Assembly (NCBI GenBank): GCA_027604505.1
Contig: JADIIX010000007.1
Location: 1 to 64,000, forward strand
Direction: 5' to 3'
Origin: Gonapodya sp. JEL0774
Taxonomy: Eukaryota
DNA: 64,000 nucleotides
Below are positions 47,632-64,000 of the stretch, piece by piece; the stretch's first letter is position 1; each line of letters opens with the position of its first letter. The notes under the pieces were generated by a model. It was not told the origin of the DNA. It saw only the letters and a list, made by a program, of their open reading frames with translations, and did not search any database. Position numbers and translations under genes: made by a program.

Positions 47632-50600
47632 ATGGCGCCATCTACCACCTCCTCCACTCACCCTCACAACGGGTCGAAGGATGTCAAGCATGACCCGAAA
47701 CTGGGACAGCGCTCAATTACCCAATTTTTTAAGTCCGATTCCACCCCAGCGTCCTCCCATAATCATCAATTTGCACATGACAAATCACAACAACCACTAG
47801 ATACAAACAAAGCAATGGTGAAGCCTGCTCATCTTGTCCCGTCCGCAACCTCCGGTGTCATTGACCTTGATGCGGACGTGACACGACCTGGGTCACAACT
47901 CTTGCCTGCTTCGAAGAACTCGAGCTCCACGGTGGACGCAAAAGATTCTGTGAATGGAAACTTGAATATAAACGGAAATGGTCACCAATGGAAACATGAA
48001 GTCTCCTCTCTGTCGAACGGAGTGCCGCAGGAACCTGCCCCGTCACCTGTGGTATGTATTGTGGTGTCTCCCTTCTGAGGGTCCGGCAATGGACGATTCT
48101 CCTAAGCCTCCTTGCATTGGGTTTGGAAATGAGTCTCCATTGTCTGAGCTCGCCGTTCGCACTATTGCAGCCACTACTACAACCAAATCCCACTTTTGCC
48201 TCAACCACATCCCTTGCGCCGCCATCCCCTCACTTACCTTCGGAGCGCCCACCGCCAGGCTCTACCTCGAAGGCCTCAGCCCAAGCGGGTGAAGTACTTT
48301 CTAGCCCCAGCCGCCCTGGGTCAGGAGATAAGATCGATTCGGGACGAGAAGCAAAGGTTAGCCCTTGGAAGGTGAGCTTCTCCTTGATAGCGGAAACAGT
48401 TTTCATTTCCGAAACTGTTGTACTGAGATTGATTCCTACTGAACACTGTTGAAAGTTTCGTCAAACCACTCTCGGATTCCCAAAGCAGAGTTACTCCGAC
48501 GCTTTGAATTCAAGTGAAGTAAGCCTCCTTCTCGAAAATTTCCTCGTAGCTGTCTTTCTCAGTTTTCCTTCTCTGGCCAGCGAACCAGCCGCCAACAGTC
48601 CGACACGACGGGACAGCATGTTGTTGCTAAGCCTCGAGTTAAAATCCTCCCCGACCTCGACCCAGCGGTATTTTCTCTCGCCCGACCGCTCCCAGAACTG
48701 CACCCTCTCTCTTGCCCCTTACTTCAGCCAACGTTTCGTAAACTGACCCTCCGAGAAAGTATGACTCTGAACGGTGTGTCTGAGTTTCTTGAGGCATGGG
48801 GCGGTGAAGTGGATCTTTTCGATGAGGAGGATGACGTTGAAAAGGAGACAATCAAGCAATCAGTTAAGGACAAGGTCGTGGAAGGCAAGGTCACGGAGGA
48901 GGATTTCAGGTGGGGCACATTTGGAAGATTGGATGCTCGGTTTGGTGAGTGATTGTTTGGGGCATCCACAATGTGTGTGCTTCCAATCAACCTTTTATGG
49001 AACACTTCCTCGACGCGACTCCACTATCAGCGTCCCTCGAGCATCTCCTGTACCAAAACCCTGAAGTCCGCCTCCCCACCCTCTCAGCGCTGTACTCCCG
49101 ACTCACCTCCCTCGCAACCTCTGATGACCTTACCCTCACCACCCTTGCCACTCCGATTTCCTTCGCAGGTCTTGTTGAAATAGCCCTATCACGGACGCGG
49201 CCTGATTTATCGGCAGAATGGCGGTCTTCGGGATTTCCCCATGTCACTCCTGCCATCCACGCTGAGACACTTGGTTCGCTAGTTGACCTAGTCATGGGTA
49301 CTGAAAAGTTTCGGGCTGCAGTGAACGCTGCGGCTGAGGCTGTGCAGGACTTCTCGAAGCACAGATGGGCGAGGTCGAGGAGGCGCAAAGAGCTCGAACT
49401 AGAGTGTGCTAAGAAGGAGGAAGTGGTGGAGCGGCTTGCCAGTGAGATGGATGCTAATGCGATCCCGGAAGTTGCTGATGGGAGTCCTGGAGATGACACG
49501 ATCACCCAAGGAAACGAGTTGCTATCCGAGTATCTTCCCCGCTCTTCCACTCGAGAGCAAACTCGAGCGGACTCAAAAGTAGTGGCGCATCGTCGGGAGC
49601 TACGGAGAGTTCAATTGGAGTACCGTCTTGCCGCCAAGGATCTCGATAACTTACGCCGCCAGTTACGTAAAATTCAGCGAGAAGGCGAAGATGATGTGGG
49701 CGAGAAGGAGAGACTATCGCGGAGGGTAAGGGGGGCGCGTTGGTGCCGTAGGCTCGGTTGGGACAGGTTCGGCAGGTGCTGGTGGTGGTGGGAGGTAGTA
49801 CCCGGAGCCGAGCGGGATACTCTCAAAGGGAAGAAGAAACCCGATAAGGAGAAATCTAAGGATGAAGCAGAAGACATTTTCATTGTCAAGACAGACTCCA
49901 ACTCGAAAAGCGAATTTGAAGATCCAGCTCGCATGTTTGGAGTCCTGGTCGAGGACCAAGTGGGATCTTTCATTCCAGTGCTCGGATCCAGAACAAATGG
50001 GTTGAGTGGTCGAAAGAGAGCGACTCCAGATGTGATGTCGGCTAGTCGATCCGAGTCCCCGACAGTCAAGAGGGCCAAGATGGAGTCTGGCGACGCTTTG
50101 CCAACTGGAACAATCTGGGATGCACCATCGGCTGCGGGAGTTTTGTCCCCACATCCTAAAGCAGCCAGCACAGGGCCGATCGACCTTTCTGGAGACTCAC
50201 TTCAGACACCCGCAGTGCGTTCGCGGTTGGCCTTTCCTGCAACTCTGGCTGATCTCAGTCGCGCACTCTCCGCATTTCACGATCGTGGACAGCGAGAACG
50301 TCCACTGCGAGCAGCGCTGGAAGAGGAATTGCAGATGGTAGGAATAGAAGTAAAGGGAAAGCATAAGGAACTGGCAGAAGGAGATGCCAAGGATATTGCC
50401 GACAGGGCGTACCAGAGGTTTGCTGCCTGGGTGGCAGAGAGAGGAGCAGCCCTCGACTCGTTTCAAAGCGAGCATGGCGCTGACCCAGAAGGTGACATTG
50501 TTATGTCAGGAGGAACCCAGATGAGCTCCCGAACCAGGTTATCAGGATACTCAAAATGGGACAATATGATCATTGAGGATATTCGGCGCCTCACTGAGCG

Positions 50601-51901
50601 CTCGTGTGAAATTATGGGCGTGCAAATTGTGCACGCACATGCAGCGTGTGCCCAAACAACTCCTGTCGGATGGTGTTCGGTATATCGTCAGGCACTAGAA
50701 GCGCGGCTTCCTCCTCGCAATTCAATCCGCTCTGCGATCGAAATAATGGATAAGATTGGACACCGAGCCGGCGCTGAGTGGACGTGGGAGAGGATTGTTC
50801 TCTACCTGGAGGAGGCCACGACTGTTGCGGAACAGATTCAGCGGAGGAACGCGAGGGATCGGACCAAGGGCCGTACGGGCGAAGTAATTCTGGAAGATGA
50901 GGATGAAGTTCTGCTCGCGGACAACTTGCAGGACCCAAGTTTGCGTCATGACTCCCTCGAATCTAGTCTCTTGGATTTACCAGAGAGGAAGAGAGGGCTT
51001 CGGTCTGCCGCGGTGGCCGCTCGAGTGGTACAGTCAGACACCCAGGTTGTCGCGCAGGAGGAAGATGATGAGCTCGAACCATCTCTGCGAGGATATTCGC
51101 GACGGCGGGCAGCGACGAAAGCAGAAAGAGCCACCAAGCAGATTTACGTCTCCAGCCGGGCCCCTGCTCTGCATGCTGACGTTGTGGGCTCGTCATCCCG
51201 CAGTAGTGGCAAGTCCCACGCCAGCATCACACGAAAGAGAGAGGCCGCACATGCTTCCAAGAGGCGGAAAAGCAAGTCTCGGGGTTCAAACAAGACTCGA
51301 AGTACTGGTGTAGAGACCATCAAGAGCTCTGCAAAAGGTCTCATGATGACTCCTCCGCGTTCTGATGATGCGGGAACTTCCGAAATCGACGGTACACAAG
51401 AGGAAGATGCGAACATTGGGGGTGATGGCTCGGAGTACGAGAAGGGGAGCAATTCCGAGTCGGAATCGGCGCGGGAGGAAGTGTCGGGTGATGATAATGA
51501 GTATTTCAATGGTGGAAATGTCGATGATCGCTCAGATCAGGTTCGCCACGTTTGCCAATGTCGTTGTGTGTGAACCTGCTTTTGAAATTTTGTTGCCATC
51601 CTAGGGAGAATTCAAACCACCTATAAACGCATCGAGACGGGGGAAAGCTCGGCCACAGATGATGATGGAATTCAAACCCCGCACCCCTCGCAAGCCTCGT
51701 GGTGAACGCAAACAGTATGGTGAAGAGAGTAGCGAAGACGAGCTGGACCTTGAACAGGATTGGCTGGGAGATGACGATGTCTCTAAGAAGAGAGTGAAGA
51801 GGAGAGTTATCGAGGATGATGAGGATGAGTTGGAGTACAGTACGATAGAGCTCCCCGATGGTGGTGAGCGACGAGGTCGCGGTAAAAGAAACCACGCATA
51901 A
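47632..51901 (+). CDS. WHIM/WSD-motif protein (putative ISWI-complex accessory subunit)
   Basis: RLGWDRFGRCWWW (WHIM2-like LGxDRxGRxYW) and LSRALSAFHDRGQRERPLRAAL (WHIM3-like RGxRExxL), with coiled-coil and acidic/basic tails. Confidence 0.7.
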
Positions 51902-52877
51902 CGCATAATTGAGCACAAGTGGAAGGACAGTGCAGTCACTTGTATTTTAAATCGATAAATATGATCAACCGGATAGGGTTTTTTTGATTTGCGGAGAACG
52001 CCTTGCGTTTCACCACACATGGTACATTACAAACCAAATCCGAATCGTGAATTGCACTTTCCAGAGCATGAGTCAGCTAGTATGCTGGATTTGAGACAAC
52101 AGCACAATTTATTTTGCGTCCATCTCAATCGATTGTACCCCACGGATACATGTGCTTTCAGGACTGATTATAGAGTAGCATTGCAGTCGGCCCTGGAGAG
52201 ATTCAATAAACGAATTTTGCGTCCAGTTCATTCGCAGCTTTGTGACTAAGTCAATCGCGAGTTTGCAATGACTGCATTAGATTTCTGTCGGATTCTAAAC
52301 TGTCGGGTTCTAAAACTTCGGCTTGGGGCCGGCGGAACCACTAGATTTTTTAATACGGGCGGCATTGAACTAGTCTCAGAGTTCAGATCCGTGTTACTTG
52401 GTAGCTCGATTGATTCACAGCGTGTTGGTAGGGACGATTGGAGGTGGGGATTGTAGAATAATCGGATATTTGTGGAAATTCCGGGTATTAAAAGGCAAAG
52501 GAAATCTTATCAAAAGGGGGAAGAAAATCAAGAACAAAGAGGGGACTGGATTCGCCGATGAGGGAATGAGGGGCCGGATTGGGGACGGATTAGGTGAGAC
52601 CTCAGCTGATAGCATATCATTGTGGTGCAGCTGCTGCTCCACACCTCGATTGAGCTGGGGGTATAATTGCTGCTCCAGCTCCATCCACAACCCAGATTTC
52701 CTACATCCTTTCATCAAACCCAAATCGGAGCTTTGAATCTCGGACATCGCTCTATTGATGTGAGTTTTCTGCAATCCCCCGCGCCAAAAGGCTTCCGGTG
52801 CTGAATCTGCCTTCCCCCCTATCGGCATCCTTGATGTCTGTCTCCCCTCGATTTATCTTGACGCTCTTCAGTCCACA

Positions 52878-54773
52878 ATGGCCGACGAAGAAGTTATTAA
52901 CCCATGCCCTGCGGGAGTCGATCTCACTACCTACCAGCCCTCTGCTGCTGGTGAGTGATCTGGATCAGCTTGTCGTTGCTTTTCTGCGTTTGACGCTTCA
53001 ACGTCAAAACCTTATCCAGACAATACCTTTATGCTGCTATGCGCGGCACTCGTCATGATCATGACTCCTGGTGAGTTTTCTAGCGCTGATGGTGTACGTT
53101 CCATCGATTTCGCATACCGACTCTCCTTGTGTGTGGGTGTCGATGAAAAGGTCTCGGCTACTACTACAGTGGTATGGCTCGTTCCAAGAACGCGCTTACG
53201 CTGATCATGCTCTGCATGCTGTCGTATGCGGTAGTAACAGTACAGGTGAGTTTGAACTCGTTTGTTTTGCGCAGGTTTGGTTTACAAATAAATTTGCGCC
53301 ACATCGTTGATCTCACCCACATCACCAGTGGTTCCTGTTTGGATTCTCCCTCACCTTCTCCGACTACGGAGGCAAATTCTGGGGCGACTGCACCTACTGT
53401 GTTTTCCGCAACGTTGGCCAGGGACTGTTGGCCAACGCCGCTGCCGTGCCAACCATCACCTTCCAGTTCTACCAACTCATGTTCGCCACTATCACTCCCG
53501 CCCTTATTTTCGGTTCCACTGCTGAGCGTGTGCGCCTCATGCCCGCCGCTGTGTTTGTGTTCCTCTGGTCGACCTTCGTTTACTGTGAGTTACTTTTGGA
53601 TCAAACATGTCAACGAAACACATCACTGATGAGTTCATTCGCACGCGCTCTAAGCTCCCATCGCATACTGGGCGTGGGCTGCAAACGGTTGGCTCAACGC
53701 TCTCGGCTACCTTGACTTCGCCGGAGGCACACCTGTGCACACCTCGTCCGGTTTCGCCGGTCTTGCTTTCGCTATCGTGCTCGGACGTCGGAAGCACACT
53801 GAGGACTTCAAGGCTTCGTCTATTGCCAACGTTTTCCTCGGAACTGGTCAGTGATCACTTGAAAGTACAGCATAGAGGATATTCGGACTGAGAATCATGA
53901 CGTTTTCCCGTTGCAAGCCCTTCTCTGGTTCGGTTGGTTCGGCTTCAACGGTGGTTCTGAGTTCGCCTCCAATGCCCGCTCCGCAAACGCCATGACCGTT
54001 ACCAACATCGCCGCCTCGTTCGGTGGTCTCGTCTGGATGTTCCTCGACTTCCTCACCCACAAGAAGGTGTCTGGTCTGGGCTTCTGCTCTGGTGCCGTTG
54101 CGGGTCTCGTCGGTATCACTCCTGCCTCTGGATTCGTCTCTCCCGCCTCCGCTTTCGCCATCGGCGGTATTGTAGCTGCCATCTGCAACACTGTTGTCAG
54201 GCTCAAGGCCCACTACTTCTACGATGATACCCTTGACTCTTTCAACGTTCACGGCATCGGTGGTTTCTGCGGTGATATCCTCACCGGTATCTTCGCTCAG
54301 AAATGGATCAAGGCCATGGGTGAGAATCGCTCACTATATATAGTCCACATTTAAACCCCCTTTTCTCACTGATTTTATCGTTTTCCAGACCTGTACCCCA
54401 ACGCCGGTAGCGTCGACATGGCGTGCTTGGAATCTCTCCCTCCCCTTGGCTGGCTCGACGGTAACTGGGTTCAGATTGCCAAGCAGCTCGCGGGCGCTGG
54501 AGCTGGAGCCGGATGGGCATTCGTTGTGACCTATATCATTGTGTTCGTCATGCAAAAGGTTTGTAGAGGCCATCGCTCATTGCATCAACGCGAAATCTCA
54601 CCACAATTCCCCTCTAGATCCCTGGCCTGCAACTCCGAGTCAGCCAAGAGACCGAAGTTCTCGGCTCCGACCAGGCCGAAATGGGTGAAGTCTCTTACGA
54701 CTACGTTGAGTCTCTGAGCCAGGTCTCTCGCGAAGACATCAAAATGGCTGCGCCCGCACCTGCAGACAAGTAG
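52878..54773 (+). CDS. Ammonium transporter (Amt/Mep family, twin-His type)
   Basis: ALVMIMTPG-LGYYYSGMARSKN; FQFYQLMFATITPALIFGSTAER; DFAGGTPVH; LLWFGWFGFNGGS; DDTLDSFNVHGIGG. Strong C-ending codon bias. Confidence 0.97.
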
Positions 54774-55614
54774 AGTGCCTCCTGGTTGCGCAGCTGGATT
54801 GCGTCGGCGAGTTTCTTTGAGAGTAATGTTCGCCTTCATGAAAACCACTGGCCTGGTTGGCCTACGTACAGTAGTGTGTGGAGCGGGAGAGTTGGGATGG
54901 TTTTGTTGACACTAATTGTCTGGTCATTGTGTGTATCTACTGAATACATTTATAATTTTTTTCTTACTTGATTTCTTTTGAACGTTCCTTCATAAATTCC
55001 CTGATGCTCTATTCGAGCGGCGCCTTCCACTGGAACCGCCAGAGGTGTATCGGGCGGGGTACCTGCAGGGACCTGAGCACGTGATCATCTACCAAAACTA
55101 AGCACATGTGTACAGTACGGTGGGAAGGGTGCATATCAGTTCCTTGGTTCAAATAATGAATTGTCCTTTACAAAAATGTAAGGTCTTGATGAGAAGTATG
55201 CAGGCTGGATGTGATTTTGTTCGAGAAGCTATATACCTCTGCTTTAGTCGCATGTATTTATGTTGAGACGCACAAGGGTTTTGAAATGCAACTCATAGTA
55301 CAGAAAGACAGAAAATCATCTATAACCCCTTGACTATTTCGGGGTGGAAGAACGGTGTTCGGGCCCATACCCTGTCTCAGTGTGGCACTTCGGGCCCCAG
55401 CACTGGTCCCCTGTAAACACCTTTCCCCAAAACCGTTGAGAAAAATCTTCAAACTGAAAACATCCATCGATTCCATATCCGGAGACGTCTGCAAGCAATC
55501 ACTGACCAGCAATCCCTCGTCATCCCCGTTCATCTCCAATTCTGCTGCCAAAATATCATCGGCGGGAGCGTTGTATCTTGCGCTCATCCGTCCAATACTC
55601 GAAAACTGCCACCG

Positions 55615-57020
55615 ATGTCGCTTTCATTTCTCGGCAGTTTCGCCTCATCTCTTATTCTGAGAGCTCCACGTCCTCCAGGCGAGCAGTTTTTGGTTTCGAA
55701 GGATGCTTGGCTCCCGGACAACGAAAACCTGATCCTGGAGCCCATTGTCCACAACTTGGCCTTTTCGCTGTTTGGAACGTCTCATAGGGACTTCGTTTTT
55801 GTATCAGGGAAGACTTTTTTGTCCTCTGACTCACAAGTGGCAGCGGGCATCGTTACGTACTTGTCACTGGTCTTTGGCGCAAAGTACCTTATGGACAAGC
55901 GTGAGCCTCTCAAGCTCCAGTCTCTCTTTTTCTGGCACAACATGATACTTGTTGTGGTCTCGGCTGTTCTCCTTCTCCTCATGCTTGAGGTTGTTCTCCC
56001 AATGCTCTGGCACAATGGGGGGTTTTGGAGTGTTTGTGACATCCGCGCCTACAATAGGTTTCTTGAGCCATGGTACTACATTAATTATCTCAGTGAGTGA
56101 TGGTGTATGTTTGATTTCTTTAGCAGCTGACCCTTAATTTGAAACTCACTGGGACATTTCAACAATCCATGACAGTCAAATGGTGGGAACTGTTGGACAC
56201 CATGTTTCTTGTCGCTAAAAAGAAGCCCCTGGAGTTTTTGCACGTATATCACCACGCTGCGACCATGCTCCTCACGTTTGTGGAGCTGAAAGGCCGGACG
56301 GCCGTGGTGAGTTGTTGTGTTCTATTTAAATGCATGCCCAATCCAACACCGATACCTGTTCCCGTGCTCTTAGCAATGGGTCCCGATCGTCTTAAACCTC
56401 TTTGTTCATGTTGTAATGTATTACTATTACGCCTGGACCTCCGTAGGGAAGAGATTCTGGTGGAAGAGACGTAAGTAACTGTCCGCCGAGTCAATCGGAA
56501 AGTTCCGGTGCTCAGTACAGGAATCTGATTCTCCTGCTGGTATCCCTCCACCACATTTGGTTCCTTGAAGATCTCACCACCTTACAAATCACCCAGTTTA
56601 TAATCGACATCGTGGTAATCTACCTCGTCATGTGGACTCATGTGTCTGCGTCGAGGAACTGGCCAGTATGGAATTTGGGAGATTGCTACGGTGAGTGAAC
56701 TTTTCACTCGTTGGTGTTTGACTGCCGAGGAAAGTGACAGTGTTGTGTACTTGCCAGGGGATGGCAACGCTGGGTTTGTTGGAATGGGCATCATCAGCTC
56801 ATATTTATATCTTTTCGTCGTGTTGTTTGTGGAAACATACGTACGCAAAACGCGCGTGCGATCTTCCACCGTAACAACCAACGGTTCTGACTCAGAGACG
56901 CACAAAATCAACGGAGCACATAATATGCACGCAGTTCATGGTGCCGGTCAACGTCAAGGAAATACAGCGATTAATCATTTCTCCAATGGAATAACGGCAG
57001 CAGAAAAGATGATCCACTGA
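55615..57020 (+). CDS. Fatty acid elongase (ELO/GNS1/SUR4 family)
   Basis: FFWHNMILVVVS, YYINYL-KWWELLDTMFLVAKKKPLEFLHVYHH, NLFVHVVMYYYY, LQITQF, SYLYLFVVLF. Confidence 0.95.
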
Positions 57021-57101
57021 GGTGTTTGACAGCATTGTACTGAAGCATGATTTATTGATTACCCTTAGACATACAGAGCACTTCACATTGCAATGCATTC
57101 G

Positions 57102-60330
<3,229 letters not shown>

Positions 60331-60637
60331 CACTTTCATAATTCCATCTTTCGTTGCCTGACCCTGGAGAGTGGAACCCGAAAGAAAGAAGGACGAATTT
60401 GCACAAGACAGGCCAAGTCCACGCAGGGAGTGAGCATGAAGAAGGTTGAAAAGGCGATCAAGGAATTGTTACCTGGATTCCAAAAGGTACGCCGGATCCA
60501 CTCTTTTGGTCTTCACTCATTGCGACTATGCTGATTGTGTGCGAAAGGTGGTGAACACCGGTTCGGATTCACTAACCGATGTATGTAATCTATGTACACA
60601 ATCCATTATAACCGAAAATGCTAAAACCAATTACCAA

Positions 60638-63600
60638 TTATTCTTCGTTGTCGTCTTCATCCTCTTCCTCATCATCCAGCTCATCCCGTTCTCCAGCTTT
60701 GCCAAATACGCTCTCAGTTTCATCTTGTTCGATTTTACACTCCAAATCAGACATGCCCTCGTCACTGTCCACCACTTGTGTTGCAGAAAGTCTCGGTCGT
60801 TTAGAGGCATCGTCATCGGACTCATCGGTATTCGAACTTCGTTTCCGTTTGCCATTACCATGTTCTGAGGTTTTCTTCGACTTTGCTGACTTAGAGGAGC
60901 CACCGAGATTCTTTTTCTTCCTGCGATTCTATTGTTTGAATCATTGTCCTTCAGCGATGATATGGGCTCTTTTCGGGGATTCAAACTCACAGTAATTGGT
61001 TCTCCTTCACTGTCACCGATCTCTTCGACAGGCATTTGTGATGAAATCTCGGTACCATCTAGCGCTCGGTGCTTCAAATTTCCTGGGCACCCAATAAAAC
61101 AGTTATTAGGCACACTCTGGGAAGTCCATGAAAACATTACTTACCAACCCAGAAACCTTGAACTTTGTCATTCTCTGACAGCATTATCTTAACCTGGTAT
61201 AGAAGACCCTCGAGTGTCTTCTTCACTGTCGGGACAACGGCCATGATCTTTGCATCGCGTCCACTCTTGCCGTGGCTGCACACTTGCTGTATAACTCTTG
61301 TACCACGCTGGAGGGATGACAACACTTCTAAGACCGCTTCTGACCCCTTTTTGAAGTGCCTCGTGAATGATGGCATGACTTTTTTGGAGAAGGAATCCAG
61401 GAATGACCGTGAACCTCGAAGCAAGGAATGCAGAGTCGCTGTGTCCCCGAAGCGGCGTGTATGACCAGTAAGAGTGTGGAAGGCTCCAATCAGGCATTTT
61501 TGATGGCGAAGTCGTACGGAGAAGGAAACTGTCTTCTCTGCCTCAATTAAAGGCACGAGTCTGGTCATTTCTTTGAACGCCACCTGCAAATCGACGGTAA
61601 AAGAGGCCTTCTTTATAAGGGTTGAAGGCACTAACCTACCTTCAGATACGTCGGATAGGTTTCACGGGTGAGTGCGGGATGCTTGCCCAGCAGATCTGCA
61701 TCTGAATTCGCGAGTGCGTCCATGGCCTCCACAGTTGAAACAAGGAGATCCACATTGTCCGAGATCGGTGCCCCCAAAAAAATCTTGTCAAGGAGATACT
61801 CCAAATCGGAAGGCTGTGGATAAATATTCATAATGAGTTAGATTATCTCGAACCAAAGTAAGTGAGGGCTTGCCTTAATTTTCGTTGTCTTAGGCCATTC
61901 CAAAGCCAAGAAGCGCCGGGCCATATTACGTAGTTTCTCATGCATATCTGTGAGCATCTTGTCGTTTACGCCCTCCCGATCAAGAGCTTTCAAGTCCTCC
62001 GGGAAGAGTTCCAGCACCGCATCTAAAGTGCGAAGAAAGCGAACAGCTGTGTCTGGTCCTAACAACGCAGCATCGCAATTTATCAGATATTTGAAAGTTG
62101 CATGAACAAGATCCGCTGACGTTGTCGCCCGGCGTTCAATCTGAATAGTACGTTGGCTTGCAATATGTCGCTGGGCGGTCAAAGGGCGCTGACTCTGTTC
62201 TGAGTTTTGTTGCAATGCCGCATTGCCCTCGCCCGAGGAGCTACCGCTTTCGTCCAATTTTGGCCAGGCTAGCCGATCAGTGAACGCTTTGAGGAGTCTC
62301 TGATTAATTGTAAAAGTACGAATTAGCGCGTTGAGGGAGCTAGGAGTTGGTAAGCCTCACTTTCATCAGGCTGTGATGTTCTGCAGACTTGAATCCTGAC
62401 CAGTTAAGCAAATCAATGAGGATCTGAAGCAACAAGCCCAAGCAATCATTCGCGGTTTTGAGCTTTAAAAACCAAATTTAGGTGAGAGTCGATCACTGAT
62501 CAAAAAAAATTCACGTGTCGCTGACCTCCGCGGTGGGCAGTTCTTCAGCGTCTTTCGCATCCACCTCTTTCCGTTCCGCAGCATCTCGTAGTAATGGTAA
62601 TTCGTTAACAATTCTCTCCAGCAATGAAAGAAGGGTTGGCACTACTGGTACAATCCTGGCGACGACTTCTGCATCCGTCATTTTCCGCAGCTGTGAGCCA
62701 TTCAGCCACTTGTCGGCAGGATCCGTGGCACGGCGTCCAAAAGAGTTCGACGATGGGACACAAAGTTTCGAGCTTAGTTTTCGGCTCAAATCTTCCAGGA
62801 GGAAGCGGCACTCAGGATACTAGGAACAAATCGTAATTATAGAAGCAAATACCAGGGAACTAAACATCATCCACCCTACCGCCAGGCTGGGTTTCCCCTC
62901 GTTGTTCTCGGAACCAGGTCCGTGAAATCGCAAAAGTGCGAACACGTCAAGCTACGCAAAAGATGTTGTGAGAGTAGATCCTCGGTATGCAAACCCAAAA
63001 AAGTGTCCGCACCGACAAATCCCTCAACAGCCCCGCAAGCTGTTTCACGCCTTTTATCTGCTGTCCCGCCGCCTTCTCTTTCTTGACTTTGGTCTTCTCT
63101 TCTTCTTCCTCCCGTAGTGCATTTACACGTTTGTTTTTTTTGGTGCCCGTGGCGGATCTCCGAACCTTTCAATGAGAATGGAAATGACTCAGACAAAGAA
63201 TAGCGAGTAGGTAGTGGCGCACTCACAGTTGCGCGCCCACCATCTACTTTGGTGACGGCCTTCTTAGGTTGAAGAATTATGGCGGGAGTGCTGGGGCGCT
63301 CCAAATCCGAATCTTCGTCCGACTGCTCCTCAGCGTTTCTGCTTGCTCGTGAGGGGCCGGCAAGTCCCACGTCCGAAGTTACAGACGATTCTCTCCTCTC
63401 CCTCTTGACGTTCTTGTCTGAGGTTTTGACTCCGACTGTAAAGGATACCACAGCCGTTTGCGCCTCTTGCAGTTCGAACGGACACCATGTGAGGGTGGCG
63501 CGTGCGAGGTCGTCCAGCAAGGATTCCAGGCGGACAAGGTCCTTCAATCTTGATACCACCTGTAGAGCAAACTTGTCTTCGGTACAGACACAAAAGGCAT

Positions 63601-64000
63601 TGATAACCTCCCGGAACCTGTAAACTGCATCAACCAGCGAAGAACAATATTAAGGATGTGGTTCGTCGGAACATACCAGTTGATGGTGTTGAAAACGCTC
63701 GTGCAGGCAGCTTCAAGCATTTCCACGCCGTAGTTCAATTTCAGTTGCTTTATCGATATCCACCAGAACTTGAGACACAGGAGCGAAGGACGCAAACGGA
63801 CCTGAGAGCACCCACAGTCACCTCCCTCTCCTCCCACATGACACTTCCAAGGAGTAAGTGCCCCTCTGACATCTCGTTCTTCGCCGCTCCGCACGCAAAG
63901 TACAGTCTCCCAAGTGGTGCAACCACACTTCCTACACTCAATCCGTAAGCTGTGTACTCCTGGCCGCACGTGGCGCTCTCTGGGCGGATCGCTAGTGGGT
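60638..64000 (-). CDS. FANCD2: Fanconi anemia group D2 protein homolog, 3' part (gene continues beyond the window)
   Basis: C-terminal signature LQRGTRVIQQVCSHGK...VPTVKKTLEGLLYQVKIML...FWVG-NLKHRALDGTEISSQ, followed by an acidic tail. Upstream exon contains TINW-FREVINAFC. Confidence 0.85.

Noticed and set aside
12990..54773. Nitrogen-scavenging cluster (FNT, cytosine deaminase, Amt)
   Set aside because: The genes are 13-25 kb apart and interspersed with unrelated housekeeping genes, so there is no evidence of a cluster.
55258..55587. 109-aa minus-strand ORF head-to-head with the elongase
   Set aside because: It starts within about 30 bp of the elongase ATG and has no recognisable motif, so it is likely antisense to the elongase 5' region.

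Overview
Eukaryotic, intron-rich, gene-dense genomic DNA, not prokaryotic. It is probably from an early-diverging (chytrid-like) fungus; this is inferred from fungal-type Sfp1, FCY1 and DUF1769 genes occurring with SWEET and FANCD2, which are generally not found in yeasts and most other Dikarya. About 20 multi-exon genes are recognisable: an OTU-domain protein, BAF60/SWIB, a formate-nitrite transporter, UspA, DUF1769, CCDC124, PTRHD1, SWEET, cytosine deaminase, mL38, SQOR, SLX1, MCCC1, an Sfp1-like zinc-finger factor, a WHIM/WSD protein, an Amt/Mep transporter, an ELO elongase, U2SURP and the 3' part of FANCD2. Two near-identical tRNA-Ala(AGC) genes point outward from the ends of a 21-kb block, and decayed Ty3/Gypsy pieces lie inside each end. 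A TA-flanked MITE sits next to the right-hand piece. I see no convincing new multi-gene system. The most interesting observations are: (i) an OTU domain with Ser in place of the catalytic Cys; (ii) CpG-specific decay of the transposon relics; (iii) two complementary, permuted Gypsy halves bracketing the block; (iv) a tRNA-Ala copy with a C1:C72 mismatch; (v) a NAGNAG acceptor in PTRHD1 that could introduce a stop. Gene boundaries are read by eye and approximate unless exon junctions are stated. Family assignments come from remembered motifs, not database searches.
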